Origin: an uncultured Pseudomonadales bacterium
GTDB taxonomy: Bacteria; Patescibacteriota; Microgenomatia; UBA1400; UBA12108
DNA length: 52,597 bases
Assembly: GCA_964349305.1 (NCBI GenBank)
Contig: CAYGFS010000003.1
Location: 1-52,597, forward strand
Direction: 5' to 3'
In this document: one piece after another, positions 29,458 through 38,641 of the stretch
Layout: every line of letters begins with the position of its first letter
Position numbering within the stretch: position 1 is the first letter of the stretch
Notes under the pieces: generated by a model
The model's input: only the letters and a program-made list of their open reading frames with translations
Databases searched by the model: none
Told to the model about the DNA's origin: nothing
Position numbers and translations under genes: made by a program

Positions 29458-30105
29458 ATGTTCAAAATAGTCAGCAGCATAAAGAAACTAGGTTTTACCA
29501 TGATCGAGCTTTTGATCGTGATTGCGGTCCTCGGGATCCTGGCCGTGGCTGTCTTGGCTTCGATCAACCCAATTGAGCAAATCAACCGTGGTCGTGACAC
29601 TGGTACCAGAAGTGACGCAGAGCAGTTTATCTCGGCCGTCGATCGATTTTATGCAGCCAAAGGCTTTTATCCGTGGATGACCAACGGAGCAAGTACAAAT
29701 ACGTGGACTGGTCCAGCTGTAAGTGACGGGCTTTTGACTGAGTTGAACAGTACTAACAGTATTCTTGGACGAGATGGTGTTGATGTGCTAAGTATAATGT
29801 CTGAAGGTGGGACCGCCGAGATTAAATCCTCATTTACCTCTAGGTTGATAGATCCTGACGCGGCTAACTATCTCTCTGTATACAATTCGGGAGTCTCTGG
29901 CGAGAGTACCTATGCCTGTTTTATCCCCAAGTCAGCCTCGTTTAGAGAAGAAGCTTGGACACGCTGTTCTACGGGTGGTGCTAGTGCCGACCTAAACCCT
30001 GCTTTACCATCTGATTTCCCCTCTAATACTGCATGTCCAACGGCTGCTTGTCGGAATGCAGCAACTTCTGATTTGGCAACTGGCTGCTATATTTGTTTGC
30101 CATAG
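29458..30105 (+). CDS. major type IV pilin (prepilin)
   Basis: Leader MFKIVSSIKKLG|FTMIELLIVIAVLGILA with G-1, F+1 and E+5. The C-terminal domain is Cys-rich. It has a strong SD (AAAGGAG) and a strong terminator downstream. Confidence 0.88.
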   Translation: MFKIVSSIKKLGFTMIELLIVIAVLGILAVAVLASINPIEQINRGRDTGTRSDAEQFISAVDRFYAAKGFYPWMTNGASTNTWTGPAVSDGLLTELNSTNSILGRDGVDVLSIMSEGGTAEIKSSFTSRLIDPDAANYLSVYNSGVSGESTYACFIPKSASFREEAWTRCSTGGASADLNPALPSDFPSNTACPTAACRNAATSDLATGCYICLP

Positions 30106-30144
30106 TTTAGAAGATAGATGTTGGACGTTAGAATCTAGTATAGA

Positions 30145-30179
30145 ATGTGAGGATGATGTATTTCATCCTCACATTTTTT
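30145..30179 (+). terminator. rho-independent terminator after the major pilin gene
   Basis: Perfect 11-bp stem ATGTGAGGATG / CATCCTCACAT, an 8-nt loop, then TTTTT. Confidence 0.8.
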
Positions 30180-30941
30180 ATGGGTAGTGCGGTCGGGAGC
30201 TTTGTGAATGTGCTGATTGATCGCACCATGGTAGGCCAAGACTGGGTGCGGGGTAGATCGCACTGTGATCACTGTCACAAAACTTTGGCGTGGTATGACA
30301 TGATCCCGGTGTTGAGCTTTTTGGTATATGGAGGCAAGAGCCGTTGCTGCCATACCCCACTCTCCTACCGCTATCCGATCGTAGAAATATTGGTAGGCCT
30401 GTTGTTTGTGTGGTGGCTAGGCATGGGGTTCTGGTTCTTCCGGCTGGTCTCTGCCCCTCTGAGTGTTGTGCAGCCAGCATTTTGGTTGGTGACGGGGGTG
30501 ACCTTGTCGATCTTGGCGCTGGCTGATCTATTTTACGGGGTCGTCCTGGTGGGAGTCGTGTGGTTTGCGAGCATCGTGGTTGTAGCGTACCGGTTCACGC
30601 TCATGTATTACGGTGCCCACCAACTAGAAGACCTAGTGAAGGCCTTGGGATTAGCGGCAATTTTTTATAGTTTATTTTGGTTACTCTACAAGATAACCAA
30701 GGGACGGGGGATGGCTGATGGCGATATGTACATCGCCATGTATATGGGGTTACTACTAGGATGGCCACGTGGAGTGATGGCCTTGCTGGGCAGTTTCATC
30801 CTCGGGGCGATAGTGGGATTAATTCTGATTGCGACGAGATTGAGAAGCCGCAAGGATACCCTCCCCTTTGTGCCGTTCATGGTGGGGGCGACGGTGATTG
30901 CTCTAGTGTGGGGTGAACAAATTATTCGTTACGTAAGTTGA
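30180..30941 (+). CDS. pilD: prepilin peptidase PilD (A24 family)
   Basis: GSAVGSFVNVLIDR, a CxxC pair (CDHC..CC), and the catalytic-Asp context GMADGDM. The ORF track starts at 30147, but that stretch is the pilin terminator hairpin, so the ATG at 30180 is preferred. Confidence 0.85.
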   Translation: MGSAVGSFVNVLIDRTMVGQDWVRGRSHCDHCHKTLAWYDMIPVLSFLVYGGKSRCCHTPLSYRYPIVEILVGLLFVWWLGMGFWFFRLVSAPLSVVQPAFWLVTGVTLSILALADLFYGVVLVGVVWFASIVVVAYRFTLMYYGAHQLEDLVKALGLAAIFYSLFWLLYKITKGRGMADGDMYIAMYMGLLLGWPRGVMALLGSFILGAIVGLILIATRLRSRKDTLPFVPFMVGATVIALVWGEQIIRYVS

Positions 30942-31419
30942 CCGAAGTTTCAAAGTGAAGTGAAGGGTTGCGCGTGGAAGTCTCTGATCCATTGTCCTGC
31001 AAATCGAAGGAGACTTTGACTAGAGTGGGTTCGGTATCAGAAGGAGAACAAGTGAGCACAAAACCGTTGACGGTAGTAGTGGCGGGAGTCAGATAGGTGC
31101 CGGAGTTGGAAGCGATACGGGTGATGCCGCTGACGCTGTCGATTTCGCTGAGCAGACGGGTTGATCCCCCGTCGGAGCCCACGATTTCGATAGCGTAACC
31201 GCTAGAGTCGCACTCGGTGACAGTTTTGGCGTTGCGGATCATGCTTTGGATTTGACCGAGCGCATAATTGCCCGCTTGCTTTACTTTGGTAGTTGTCCTG
31301 ATCCTCGTACTGGTGATCACACTCGTGAGCATGATGCTGGAGATAGCCAAGGTCAGTAAACTGAGCAGGCCAATTACGACAATGAGTTCGATAAGCGAAA
31401 AGCCCGAGTTTTTTACCAT
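30922..31419 (-). CDS. pilin-like protein (minor pilin)
   Basis: MVKNSG|FSLIELIVVIGLLS prepilin motif. The start moves to the ATG at 31419 (track: 31470). Confidence 0.75.
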   Translation of the reverse strand: MVKNSGFSLIELIVVIGLLSLLTLAISSIMLTSVITSTRIRTTTKVKQAGNYALGQIQSMIRNAKTVTECDSSGYAIEIVGSDGGSTRLLSEIDSVSGITRIASNSGTYLTPATTTVNGFVLTCSPSDTEPTLVKVSFDLQDNGSETSTRNPSLHFETSVNLRNE

Positions 31420-31892
31420 TGAGTGAGCTCCACTTCGAGAGAGGCATGACGCTCTTCTTTTTCTATCCAATCAACGACGATGGTGGCTTTTAATATGCCG
31501 CTGACTATGCCAGACGGATCAATAAATATTTCACGCTGGAAAATGGTACCTGGAATGAAATCGGTATCGTCGCAGGTAGTAGCTGCGAGGGTGGTAAAGT
31601 CGGTTGCGGTCAGGGTACTGGGAAGACTATTTAAACAATAAATGCTATCACCACTGATATTATCTTCTTCGACTTTGGCAGCCATTGTGGCCCAGCCAAG
31701 CTCGCTCCGCTGTGTCCGCAGCCAGTCAGCAACCTCTGTCGTGTACTTGGAGGCTTCGGCGAGGTCGCGGGCGTAGGTATTTTGTTTTTGTGAGTGATTG
31801 GAGAGGGAAAGCGCTGCAATGACCGACATACTGATCAGGGCGGCGGCAATGACGATTTCGATTATAGAGGTGCCACGATAGGTTTTGATCAT
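31413..31892 (-). CDS. pilin-like protein (minor pilin)
   Basis: MIKTYRG|TSIIEIVIAAALI, with G-1 and E+5. Confidence 0.7.
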   Translation of the reverse strand: MIKTYRGTSIIEIVIAAALISMSVIAALSLSNHSQKQNTYARDLAEASKYTTEVADWLRTQRSELGWATMAAKVEEDNISGDSIYCLNSLPSTLTATDFTTLAATTCDDTDFIPGTIFQREIFIDPSGIVSGILKATIVVDWIEKEERHASLEVELTQW

Positions 31893-31897
31893 AGAGA

Positions 31898-32380
31898 TTA
31901 TTGCATCCCCTGGTATTCGATAGTCCCTGAACTGGTGAGCTCAATTTGGTATGTCGTCCCATTCCCGGCAACAATATTGAGTAAATAGGGATTGGTGGGT
32001 AAAGTGATGCCCAGCGAGAGCGGATTAAAAGTGAGCGTGGCGGAGGATAATCCGGCAATGCCGGAAAAAGTGGTAGTAGTGGCAACGCCAGGGTCGTTTT
32101 CACACATGCTTTGTTGTTTGAAACTGTTAGGCGGGATAATTGTGACTTCTTGGCCTAGGAATTTGTTGGTGCAGTCGATTTTGCCGATGCTGGCAATTGT
32201 TTGATTTTCTTGGAGCAAGGAGAGCACCTCTTCAACCGCTGCCTGACCGGCTTGGCGGTCGCGAGCCTTGCCATAGGCGGAGACACCAAAACTAACAAGA
32301 ATCCCGACGATGGCCACAAGGATCATGAGTTCGACAAGAGTATAGCCGTGCTTCATAGGCTTTTTATGGCTCGGATACAC
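31898..32380 (-). CDS. pilin-like protein (minor pilin)
   Basis: ..MKHG|YTLVELMILVAIVGIL. The true start may be the ATG at 32356. Confidence 0.75.
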   Translation of the reverse strand: MYPSHKKPMKHGYTLVELMILVAIVGILVSFGVSAYGKARDRQAGQAAVEEVLSLLQENQTIASIGKIDCTNKFLGQEVTIIPPNSFKQQSMCENDPGVATTTTFSGIAGLSSATLTFNPLSLGITLPTNPYLLNIVAGNGTTYQIELTSSGTIEYQGMQ

Positions 32381-32762
32381 AGTACGACGGATCTACGGTG
32401 GTCTCGAGCTCAGCACATAGCTGGTAGGTGGTTGTGCCAGAGGGGGTGTAGGTATAGGTAAAATCAGGCGTTTTGGGGTCTTCTGGAACGGAGGTAATGT
32501 ATGCTGGTACTAAGGCGGATAGACCGGGTGAAAGATCGGGGTACTGCCGATTCTCGGACCTATATGTTTCGAGGGCTTGACGGATCTGCTCGAGATCGGT
32601 TTTGCGCTTGGAATCGCGCGACAGCCGAATAGCGCGCAGGTAACTGACAGAGCCCACAGTAATCAAAATGCCGATAATGGCGATGACGACGAGGAGCTCG
32701 ATGAGAGTGAAACCTCGCTTGAACTTAGATGTTAGATGATAGATTCTAGATGTTAGTTTCAT
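32364..32762 (-). CDS. pilin-like protein (GspG-like pseudopilin type)
   Basis: The track ORF 32364..33056 overlaps the next pilin gene. The ATG at 32762 gives MKLTSRIYHLTSKFKRG|FTLIELLVVIAIIGIL. Confidence 0.75.
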   Translation of the reverse strand: MKLTSRIYHLTSKFKRGFTLIELLVVIAIIGILITVGSVSYLRAIRLSRDSKRKTDLEQIRQALETYRSENRQYPDLSPGLSALVPAYITSVPEDPKTPDFTYTYTPSGTTTYQLCAELETTVDPSYCVSEP

Positions 32763-32766
32763 AGTG

Positions 32767-33177
32767 TTACTGTTGATTTTGGGCGCAATAATACGTACCA
32801 TCAGGTGCCCAGTCGCAAGAGGTGTTGAGCGGAACATTGGCATTGCCTGCGCTATTTTCCAGTGTAGCACAAACGCAATAAGTATCGGCGAGCACCATCC
32901 AGGTGAGCGGAGAATTGTCTTCGCGTGGATCTGTGGGGGCGACCCCGTTTTCAAAGGCTGAGCCGTAGCTACCCACGGGATATGCCCCAGTTTCGGCATA
33001 GTATTGCTCAAAAGCCGACTGGACATTGCTGATGATCTCCCTGCGGGCGGCGTCACGGGCCTGCTTTTGAGCAGTGATCAGATTGGCAACGCCGATACTA
33101 GTAATGATGGCGATAATGGCGATGACCACCAGGAGTTCGATAAGCGTAAATCCAAGCTTTAATTTTATTGTGCGCAT
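32767..33177 (-). CDS. pilin-like protein
   Basis: MRTIKLKLG|FTLIELLVVIAIIAI, followed by the QARDAARR segment typical of GspG-like pilins. Confidence 0.8.
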   Translation of the reverse strand: MRTIKLKLGFTLIELLVVIAIIAIITSIGVANLITAQKQARDAARREIISNVQSAFEQYYAETGAYPVGSYGSAFENGVAPTDPREDNSPLTWMVLADTYCVCATLENSAGNANVPLNTSCDWAPDGTYYCAQNQQ

Positions 33178-33683
33178 ATGACAAAGTCCTTTGTTTCATC
33201 AACTTTGTTACTGTCATACAGCGAAGCACAACGATCATGGGAATCCGTGATGTCAGAGTCGGAGAGGTTTTCAAGCTGGGCGATCAGGATAAATTGGTCG
33301 TCACTGGGAGAGACGTATTTGTAGGTGAGAGCAGTGAGATCGCTCGAGGATGGATCCATGGGGAGTGCTCCCATGTAGGTGGAGGTGTCGGTGGCAAAGG
33401 GGCTACCCCAATTGCACTCAGCCGGTATGGCAACAGTCCCACAGCCGACGATGGCGAAAGCTGGTCCGGTACCGGAGGCAGGAAATTGCTTGGCGTCGTT
33501 GTAATAGAGCCTGACGGATTGTTCGATGGCACGCAGATCAGATTTGCGACGAGTGTCCCTGGCACGAGAGCGGGCTCCCTGAAGATTGGTGGTAACGAGC
33601 GCAGTGAGAACTCCGATGATCGTAATCACGATTAAGAGTTCGATGAGGGTGAATCCTCGCCGGATCGTTGCAGTAAGTTTCAT
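33165..33683 (-). CDS. pilin-like protein
   Basis: MKLTATIRRG|FTLIELLIVITIIGVL, then ARDTRRKSDL. Confidence 0.8.
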   Translation of the reverse strand: MKLTATIRRGFTLIELLIVITIIGVLTALVTTNLQGARSRARDTRRKSDLRAIEQSVRLYYNDAKQFPASGTGPAFAIVGCGTVAIPAECNWGSPFATDTSTYMGALPMDPSSSDLTALTYKYVSPSDDQFILIAQLENLSDSDITDSHDRCASLYDSNKVDETKDFVICAQ

Positions 33684-34159
33684 TGGACGTTGCTCGAAGT
33701 GATTTGATAATTACATAAGACATTGGCTGCGCAGTAGGTATCGGTGATACTGGTATCGATTGAGTTGTCACCCGAGTTTTCGAGGCGCGCATAAAGCCGA
33801 TAATCGGTCCCATTGATAGAAGAATACCAGTAAGTAAAACCAGAGGAGTCAGCTGGGAGAGTAGCGGCATAGATGGTTCCATTGTCGTCCGTAAATGCTT
33901 CACCCCAAGGACATTCTGGAGGGTTGGTGGTTTTGCAGATAATTTCCCCGTCACTATTTGAGAGGGGGTATGAGCGGTGATCGTTGACATAGGCTTCGAG
34001 ACTCTTGGCAACGGTTTGGAGGTCGGATTTGCGGGAGAGATCGCGGGCTTTGATGCGCGACGATTGAAAATTGGCCAATCCGAGGGTGGAGAGGATGGAT
34101 AGAATAGCGATTACAACTAAGAGTTCGACGAGGGTGAATCCGCCTTTGATTGTTTGCAT
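33680..34159 (-). CDS. pilin-like protein (first gene of minus-strand pilin operon)
   Basis: MQTIKGG|FTLVELLVVIAILSIL, then ARDLSRKSDL. Confidence 0.8.
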   Translation of the reverse strand: MQTIKGGFTLVELLVVIAILSILSTLGLANFQSSRIKARDLSRKSDLQTVAKSLEAYVNDHRSYPLSNSDGEIICKTTNPPECPWGEAFTDDNGTIYAATLPADSSGFTYWYSSINGTDYRLYARLENSGDNSIDTSITDTYCAANVLCNYQITSSNVQ

Positions 34160-34177
34160 GTGTTCAGTATGGCGAGT

Positions 34178-34194
34178 TTGACGAATGACGTCAA
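34178..34194. promoter_or_regulatory. inverted repeat TTGACG-N5-CGTCAA containing TGACGTCA, between divergent pilus operons
   Basis: TTGACGAATGACGTCAA, flanked by direct AGTTTGA repeats. Confidence 0.3.
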
Positions 34195-34212
34195 GTTTGA
34201 TTTGATAGAGGC

Positions 34213-35022
34213 ATGCAAAATAAATATCCGCGCGGACAGGTAGGGTTGTTGCTCCTCGTGATTATGGGCGTGGTAGTGGCACTAGTTTTATCGGTGGCTT
34301 CCAGGAGTTTGTCAGATACCGTCTTGTCACGCCAAGAGCGTGAAAGCAGTGCGGCTTTTGCTGTGGCGGAGACCGGCATTGAGAGTGCCCTCAGTGCTCT
34401 CCAGGCTGGTGAAAGTCAAGGGATCGGTGGACCGCTTACTGATGTCGGCAACTTTGTTTCTGGTAATTACCAGGTTGCCAACTTGAGTAGTTATTCCCTG
34501 TATCTGCGTGAAGGCGAGACGGCGCATCTAGATTTGGTTGGATTTGGTGGTCCTACGATCACAATCGAATGGACCCGCAAAAATGACAATAGTGAAGACT
34601 TGGCTTGCGGAACTGAAGGCAGTGGTGGATCCGCCGCCGCGATTGAAGTAAATGCAATTAAAGAAACTACAGACACGGTAGTGCGGAGTTATTACAACGC
34701 CTCAAACTGCACGTTGTACGCGAACGGCTTTGAAGATGCTAATGATGGGGGCGATACCTATCGTAGTGCGGTGAGTTTGACGCTCGGTGATCCACTAGTA
34801 TTGCCGGCTGGAGTCACCGCGCTGAGAATTAAGCCTATTTATGCGGGAGCAACTGTCGCAGCCAGCGGTAATAACTTGCAGACTCAGCTGTATAAAATCC
34901 AATCTAAAGCCAGCGGAGGCGATGCTCAGAAAGAAATTGAAGTAAAACGCGGATTAGATGCCCCCTCTTCGATTTTTGATTTTGCCGTATTTACTAGTGG
35001 GACTATACAAAAAGGATCATAA
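34213..35022 (+). CDS. PilX-like pilus-associated protein
   Basis: The N-terminus RGQVGLLLLVIMGVVVALVLSVASRS..AFAVAETGIESAL resembles the PilX_N domain. Confidence 0.5.
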   Translation: MQNKYPRGQVGLLLLVIMGVVVALVLSVASRSLSDTVLSRQERESSAAFAVAETGIESALSALQAGESQGIGGPLTDVGNFVSGNYQVANLSSYSLYLREGETAHLDLVGFGGPTITIEWTRKNDNSEDLACGTEGSGGSAAAIEVNAIKETTDTVVRSYYNASNCTLYANGFEDANDGGDTYRSAVSLTLGDPLVLPAGVTALRIKPIYAGATVAASGNNLQTQLYKIQSKASGGDAQKEIEVKRGLDAPSSIFDFAVFTSGTIQKGS

Positions 35023-35026
35023 AAAT

Positions 35027-36052
35027 ATGACAGCGTATTTTGGACTCGACATCGGATCTTCTAGTCTAAAGGTTACTCAGTCCAGCTTGATGGGGGCCAA
35101 GGCGTATACGGTGGAGGCGATTGGGCTAGCGATGAATCCGGCAGGATCAGTAGATTTTACCAACCCTGATGTGGTAGCTAAACTAACTCCCGCTGTGAAG
35201 CAGTTGTTGAACGAAACTAAGATAAAGGAAAAACGAGTCGTGGTCTCGGTGGCAGAATCGAGAGTATATAGCCGCATTCTCAGTATGCCTACGATGTCTG
35301 AGGCTGAGCTATCGTCGGCCATTAAATGGGAAGCGGAGCAATTTGTGCCCGTACCGGTGGCGGAGGTAGAACTAGATTTTTCGATTGTGTCACAAAATTC
35401 TGGAGCAGGTCAGGATAAGAAGATGTTGGTCTATTTGGTCGCAGCTCCAAAAAAATATTTGCAGGCAATGGTAGATTTTTTGGTGGGTGTCGGCCTAGAG
35501 CCGATTGCGGTGGAAAGCGAGATGGTCGCCGTCACTCGAGCTCTAACTTTTGGAACCGAAGTAGGGACTAGTTTGATTGTGCATATTGGGGCCATGTCGA
35601 CAGTTTTAGCGATTGTGGATGCTGGCGCTCTGACATTTTCGTATGTGACGGAGTCGGGAGGCGTGGCGCTAACCAGGGCTTTGGCTCAATCTTTGTCACT
35701 CCCCCTCCCCCAAGCTGAAGAGTATAAACGGACTTATGGCTTGGATGTTGGCCAAATGGAAGGTAAAGTGCGATCGGGGCTCCTGATCATTTTGGATAGC
35801 GTGGTGGGGGAGATGCGTAAAGCCATGGAATTCCACTTGTCCTCGCGTAAAACGAGAGTGAATAGAATAATTCTCTCAGGCGGTGGTGCCTATTTACCTC
35901 AACTACCAGGTCACTTGTCGGAGGTGTTTGGGGGGATTGAGGTAGTTGTGGCAGATCCGCTTAGTACAGCCAAGGCTGGTCGGGGCGTAACCCTACCCAG
36001 AGAAAAAGCTGTTTATTCGGCTTCTATCGGGCTTTCACAGAGGGTATTTTAA
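35027..36052 (+). CDS. pilM: type IV pilus assembly protein PilM (actin-like ATPase)
   Basis: MTAYFGLDIGSSSLKV and a second phosphate motif ILSGGGA. The track ORF begins at 34958 inside the previous gene. Confidence 0.85.
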   Translation: MTAYFGLDIGSSSLKVTQSSLMGAKAYTVEAIGLAMNPAGSVDFTNPDVVAKLTPAVKQLLNETKIKEKRVVVSVAESRVYSRILSMPTMSEAELSSAIKWEAEQFVPVPVAEVELDFSIVSQNSGAGQDKKMLVYLVAAPKKYLQAMVDFLVGVGLEPIAVESEMVAVTRALTFGTEVGTSLIVHIGAMSTVLAIVDAGALTFSYVTESGGVALTRALAQSLSLPLPQAEEYKRTYGLDVGQMEGKVRSGLLIILDSVVGEMRKAMEFHLSSRKTRVNRIILSGGGAYLPQLPGHLSEVFGGIEVVVADPLSTAKAGRGVTLPREKAVYSASIGLSQRVF

Positions 36053-36615
36053 TGGTTAATGTTTCCACCAATTTACTGAAGAATCGGAGGACCCTGAGTG
36101 AAAAGGATTATCAACGGGAGCGAACGGCATTGCGTTACGCGATTATCGGCCTGGTTGTCGTGGTCGTCATCGTCATCTCTTTGTCGGCATGGAATTTGTT
36201 TTTGACCTCGAAGTTAGGGGGAATCGAGCGTGGAATAACTGCCGCGTCGGAGGAAATGAAAGGTTTGGCGCAGGCCAATGCACAGCAGGTCTATCTAAAA
36301 AGTAGATTGAGTTTGATAACCGACTTTTTGTCAAGCCGTGCCACCACCCGGCAGTCACTGCAAAAAGTGCTCTCGACAGAGATTCCGGGAACTCATATTT
36401 CGGGAGTATCATTTGTTGACGAATCTCTATTGTCGGTGCAATATACTGCTAACGAAAGCTCGGCGCTCACCGAACTCCTCAGTTATTACCAGTCCGATAC
36501 AGATTATTTTACCCAAGTAGTCAGCAATGGACTAACTAGATCGAAAGAGGGCAACTATCAATTATCACTGGCGTTGACACTACCCAAGGGAGATGCGAAA
36601 AATGTGGATCAATAG
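36052..36615 (+). CDS. pilN: PilN-like protein
   Basis: 187 aa. Short cytoplasmic N-terminus, one TM segment and a coiled coil. It sits right after pilM with overlapping stop and start. Confidence 0.6.
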   Translation: MVNVSTNLLKNRRTLSEKDYQRERTALRYAIIGLVVVVVIVISLSAWNLFLTSKLGGIERGITAASEEMKGLAQANAQQVYLKSRLSLITDFLSSRATTRQSLQKVLSTEIPGTHISGVSFVDESLLSVQYTANESSALTELLSYYQSDTDYFTQVVSNGLTRSKEGNYQLSLALTLPKGDAKNVDQ

Positions 36616-37351
36616 TCATAAAAACTTGGCGATTGCGATAGGCGCTGGTCTTTCGGCAGTTCTTTTGCTGTTTAGCGCGGTTTTGCCGATTTATCGAAAC
36701 GCGAGTACTATATTGGGTAAAATTGAGAAAAAATCGGTGGAGCTCGAATCACTAAATAACAAAGTGACAATCTTGACTCAACTAGACCCAAGCGTATTGC
36801 AGGAGCGGGTCAGTACTCTAGACAAAGCCTTGCCTCCTAAGAAAGATGTACTTTTATACCTTACTTCTGTCGATGGACTTTCCCGCGAACTCGGTTTGAC
36901 TTTTGGTGGTCTGTCACTCAATCCCGGTGAGATTAGCGAGGCGAGCTCGTCGGCAAAAAAAGTAACCAAGTCGACCAAAATCACCGGAGGATTGCAGGGG
37001 CTCGAAACGGAAATCAAGATAAACGGTGGCAAGGAAAGTATTTATACCTTTTTACGCACAATTGAAGAAGTTCTCCCCCTTATGCAAATCAAAGATATCA
37101 AAGTAACTGTTCTATCTGGCGAGCAGTATTCCCTGGCACTGACTTTAAGTATGTTGTGGGCGGAGCCGGCTACTCTCGACGTCAAAAGCAAAATTACTCT
37201 TTTTGGCGAAACTGAAGATAAATACTTTCAACAGCTGGCACAGTATAGACAATTTGAATCGGCGATTAATGTTGGAGCCAATCCTGAACCAAAGCTAGAT
37301 TTGTTTGCACCGTTTAGCGTCCAGACAGAGCCTGTTACACCTCAACAGTAA
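36593..37351 (+). CDS. pilO: PilO-like protein
   Basis: 252 aa. One TM segment followed by a coiled coil (KKSVELESLNNKVTIL). Supported by its position after pilN. Confidence 0.55.
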   Translation: MRKMWINSHKNLAIAIGAGLSAVLLLFSAVLPIYRNASTILGKIEKKSVELESLNNKVTILTQLDPSVLQERVSTLDKALPPKKDVLLYLTSVDGLSRELGLTFGGLSLNPGEISEASSSAKKVTKSTKITGGLQGLETEIKINGGKESIYTFLRTIEEVLPLMQIKDIKVTVLSGEQYSLALTLSMLWAEPATLDVKSKITLFGETEDKYFQQLAQYRQFESAINVGANPEPKLDLFAPFSVQTEPVTPQQ

Positions 37352-37667
37352 TGCTGCCGTCTTCTTCTGTCACGGGACTGGGAGTTTCGGTGGCAGGTGT
37401 TTCTGCTTCTTGAGAACCGGCAGGCTGTGCGTCGTTTTCTGAAACAACGGAGATGCGGACGTGGACACCGCGCTGGATGGCGATAACACGCATAATGGTG
37501 CGGATGGCCTTGATAACTTTACCTTCTTTACCAATGATTCGACCGACGTCGGCTGGGTTGACGGTGACGATGTAGTTGGTGGTACCCTCTACTTCCTCAA
37601 CATCGATTTTGATGTCGTCTGGGACGGTCGTGATATTCTTTAAGATAAACTCGAGTACGTCTTGCAT
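37335..37667 (-). CDS. KH-domain RNA-binding protein (KhpA/YlqC-like)
   Basis: VGRIIGKEGKVIKAIRTI is the GxxG KH motif. It lies downstream of rpsP, as in many bacteria. Confidence 0.8.
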   Translation of the reverse strand: MQDVLEFILKNITTVPDDIKIDVEEVEGTTNYIVTVNPADVGRIIGKEGKVIKAIRTIMRVIAIQRGVHVRISVVSENDAQPAGSQEAETPATETPSPVTEEDGSITVEV

Positions 37668-37685
37668 GAGAGCTCCTTCGTGTTG

Positions 37686-37931
37686 TTATTTAGTAGATTT
37701 TGAGTATTTCAGAGCGAGCGAGCGAACTGTGTCGGTTGGCCTGGCGCCTTTGGCTGTCCACTCCGCGTAGGCCTTAACATCGAGACGGAATTCTTTGGGG
37801 TTGGAAAGCGGATTGTAATACCCAATTTGAGAAACTGGTCTGGTACCGGAGTTCGTTTTATCTTCGACAACCACGATGTGATACTGGGGCTGAGCCTTTT
37901 TGCCGATCCGAGCTAGTTTAATTTTGAGCAT
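37686..37931 (-). CDS. rpsP: 30S ribosomal protein S16
   Basis: MLKIKLARIGKKAQPQYHIVV..YYNP. 81 aa. Confidence 0.93.
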   Translation of the reverse strand: MLKIKLARIGKKAQPQYHIVVVEDKTNSGTRPVSQIGYYNPLSNPKEFRLDVKAYAEWTAKGARPTDTVRSLALKYSKSTK

Positions 37932-37944
37932 AGGCGGTATTGTA

Positions 37945-38637
37945 TCAGGAATGGGTAATCATCTCAAGAGTGTTTTTGGCGGCGTCTTCTTGGGCAGCTT
38001 GTTTGCTTTTACCACTGCCCTGACTGTAGAGCTGGTTAGCAATGCTAACAACCATCACAAATTCTTTATCATGGTCTGGACCTGCCTCGGATAAGAGATT
38101 GTAAAGCGGGGTAGCTTTGTAGCGTGACTGGGCGATTTCTTGCAGGAGAGACTTGTTGTCTTTGTATGTAGCTGATTTGAGCACGACATCGGCTTTGGCA
38201 AAAAGATGCTGAGTGAGGATGCCTACACAAGCAGGATATCCCTGGTCTAAATAAATGGCTCCCAAGAAAGCTTCAAAAGTATCAGCGAGGATTGAGCGAT
38301 TTTGCCGACCGCCGGTGGCTTCTTCACCCTTGCTCATGAGGAGCAGCTTGGCAAAGCCGAGAGCTTCAGCCGTGTCTCCCAAGGATTCGGTACGCACGAG
38401 GGCGGCGCGGAGATTGGTCAACATGCCCTCCTGGAAATCTGGGTAGGTGTTGTAGAGAAAGTGCGAAGTGGCGAGCTCGAGAACGGCATCGCCTAAATAT
38501 TCGAGACGCTCGTTGGACTGGGCGAATTCCTTGGATTCGTTGAGATATGAGCGGTGAACGAAGGCGTTTTGAATGAGATGTTCGTCGTCTACCTTGAGAT
38601 CAAGGGCGGCGAGAAGTTTGACTAGATTGGTGTTCAT
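37945..38637 (-). CDS. rnc: ribonuclease III
   Basis: Signature NERLEYLGDAVLEL, with a C-terminal dsRBD (GPDHDKEF..GSGKSKQAAQEDAA). Confidence 0.93.
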   Translation of the reverse strand: MNTNLVKLLAALDLKVDDEHLIQNAFVHRSYLNESKEFAQSNERLEYLGDAVLELATSHFLYNTYPDFQEGMLTNLRAALVRTESLGDTAEALGFAKLLLMSKGEEATGGRQNRSILADTFEAFLGAIYLDQGYPACVGILTQHLFAKADVVLKSATYKDNKSLLQEIAQSRYKATPLYNLLSEAGPDHDKEFVMVVSIANQLYSQGSGKSKQAAQEDAAKNTLEMITHS

Positions 38638-38641
38638 ATAT

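Noticed and set aside
32763-33056. N-terminal 98-aa extension of the ORF 32364..33056
   Set aside because: It fully overlaps the pilin gene 32767..33177 in another frame and lacks pilin features. The internal ATG at 32762 yields a canonical prepilin leader.
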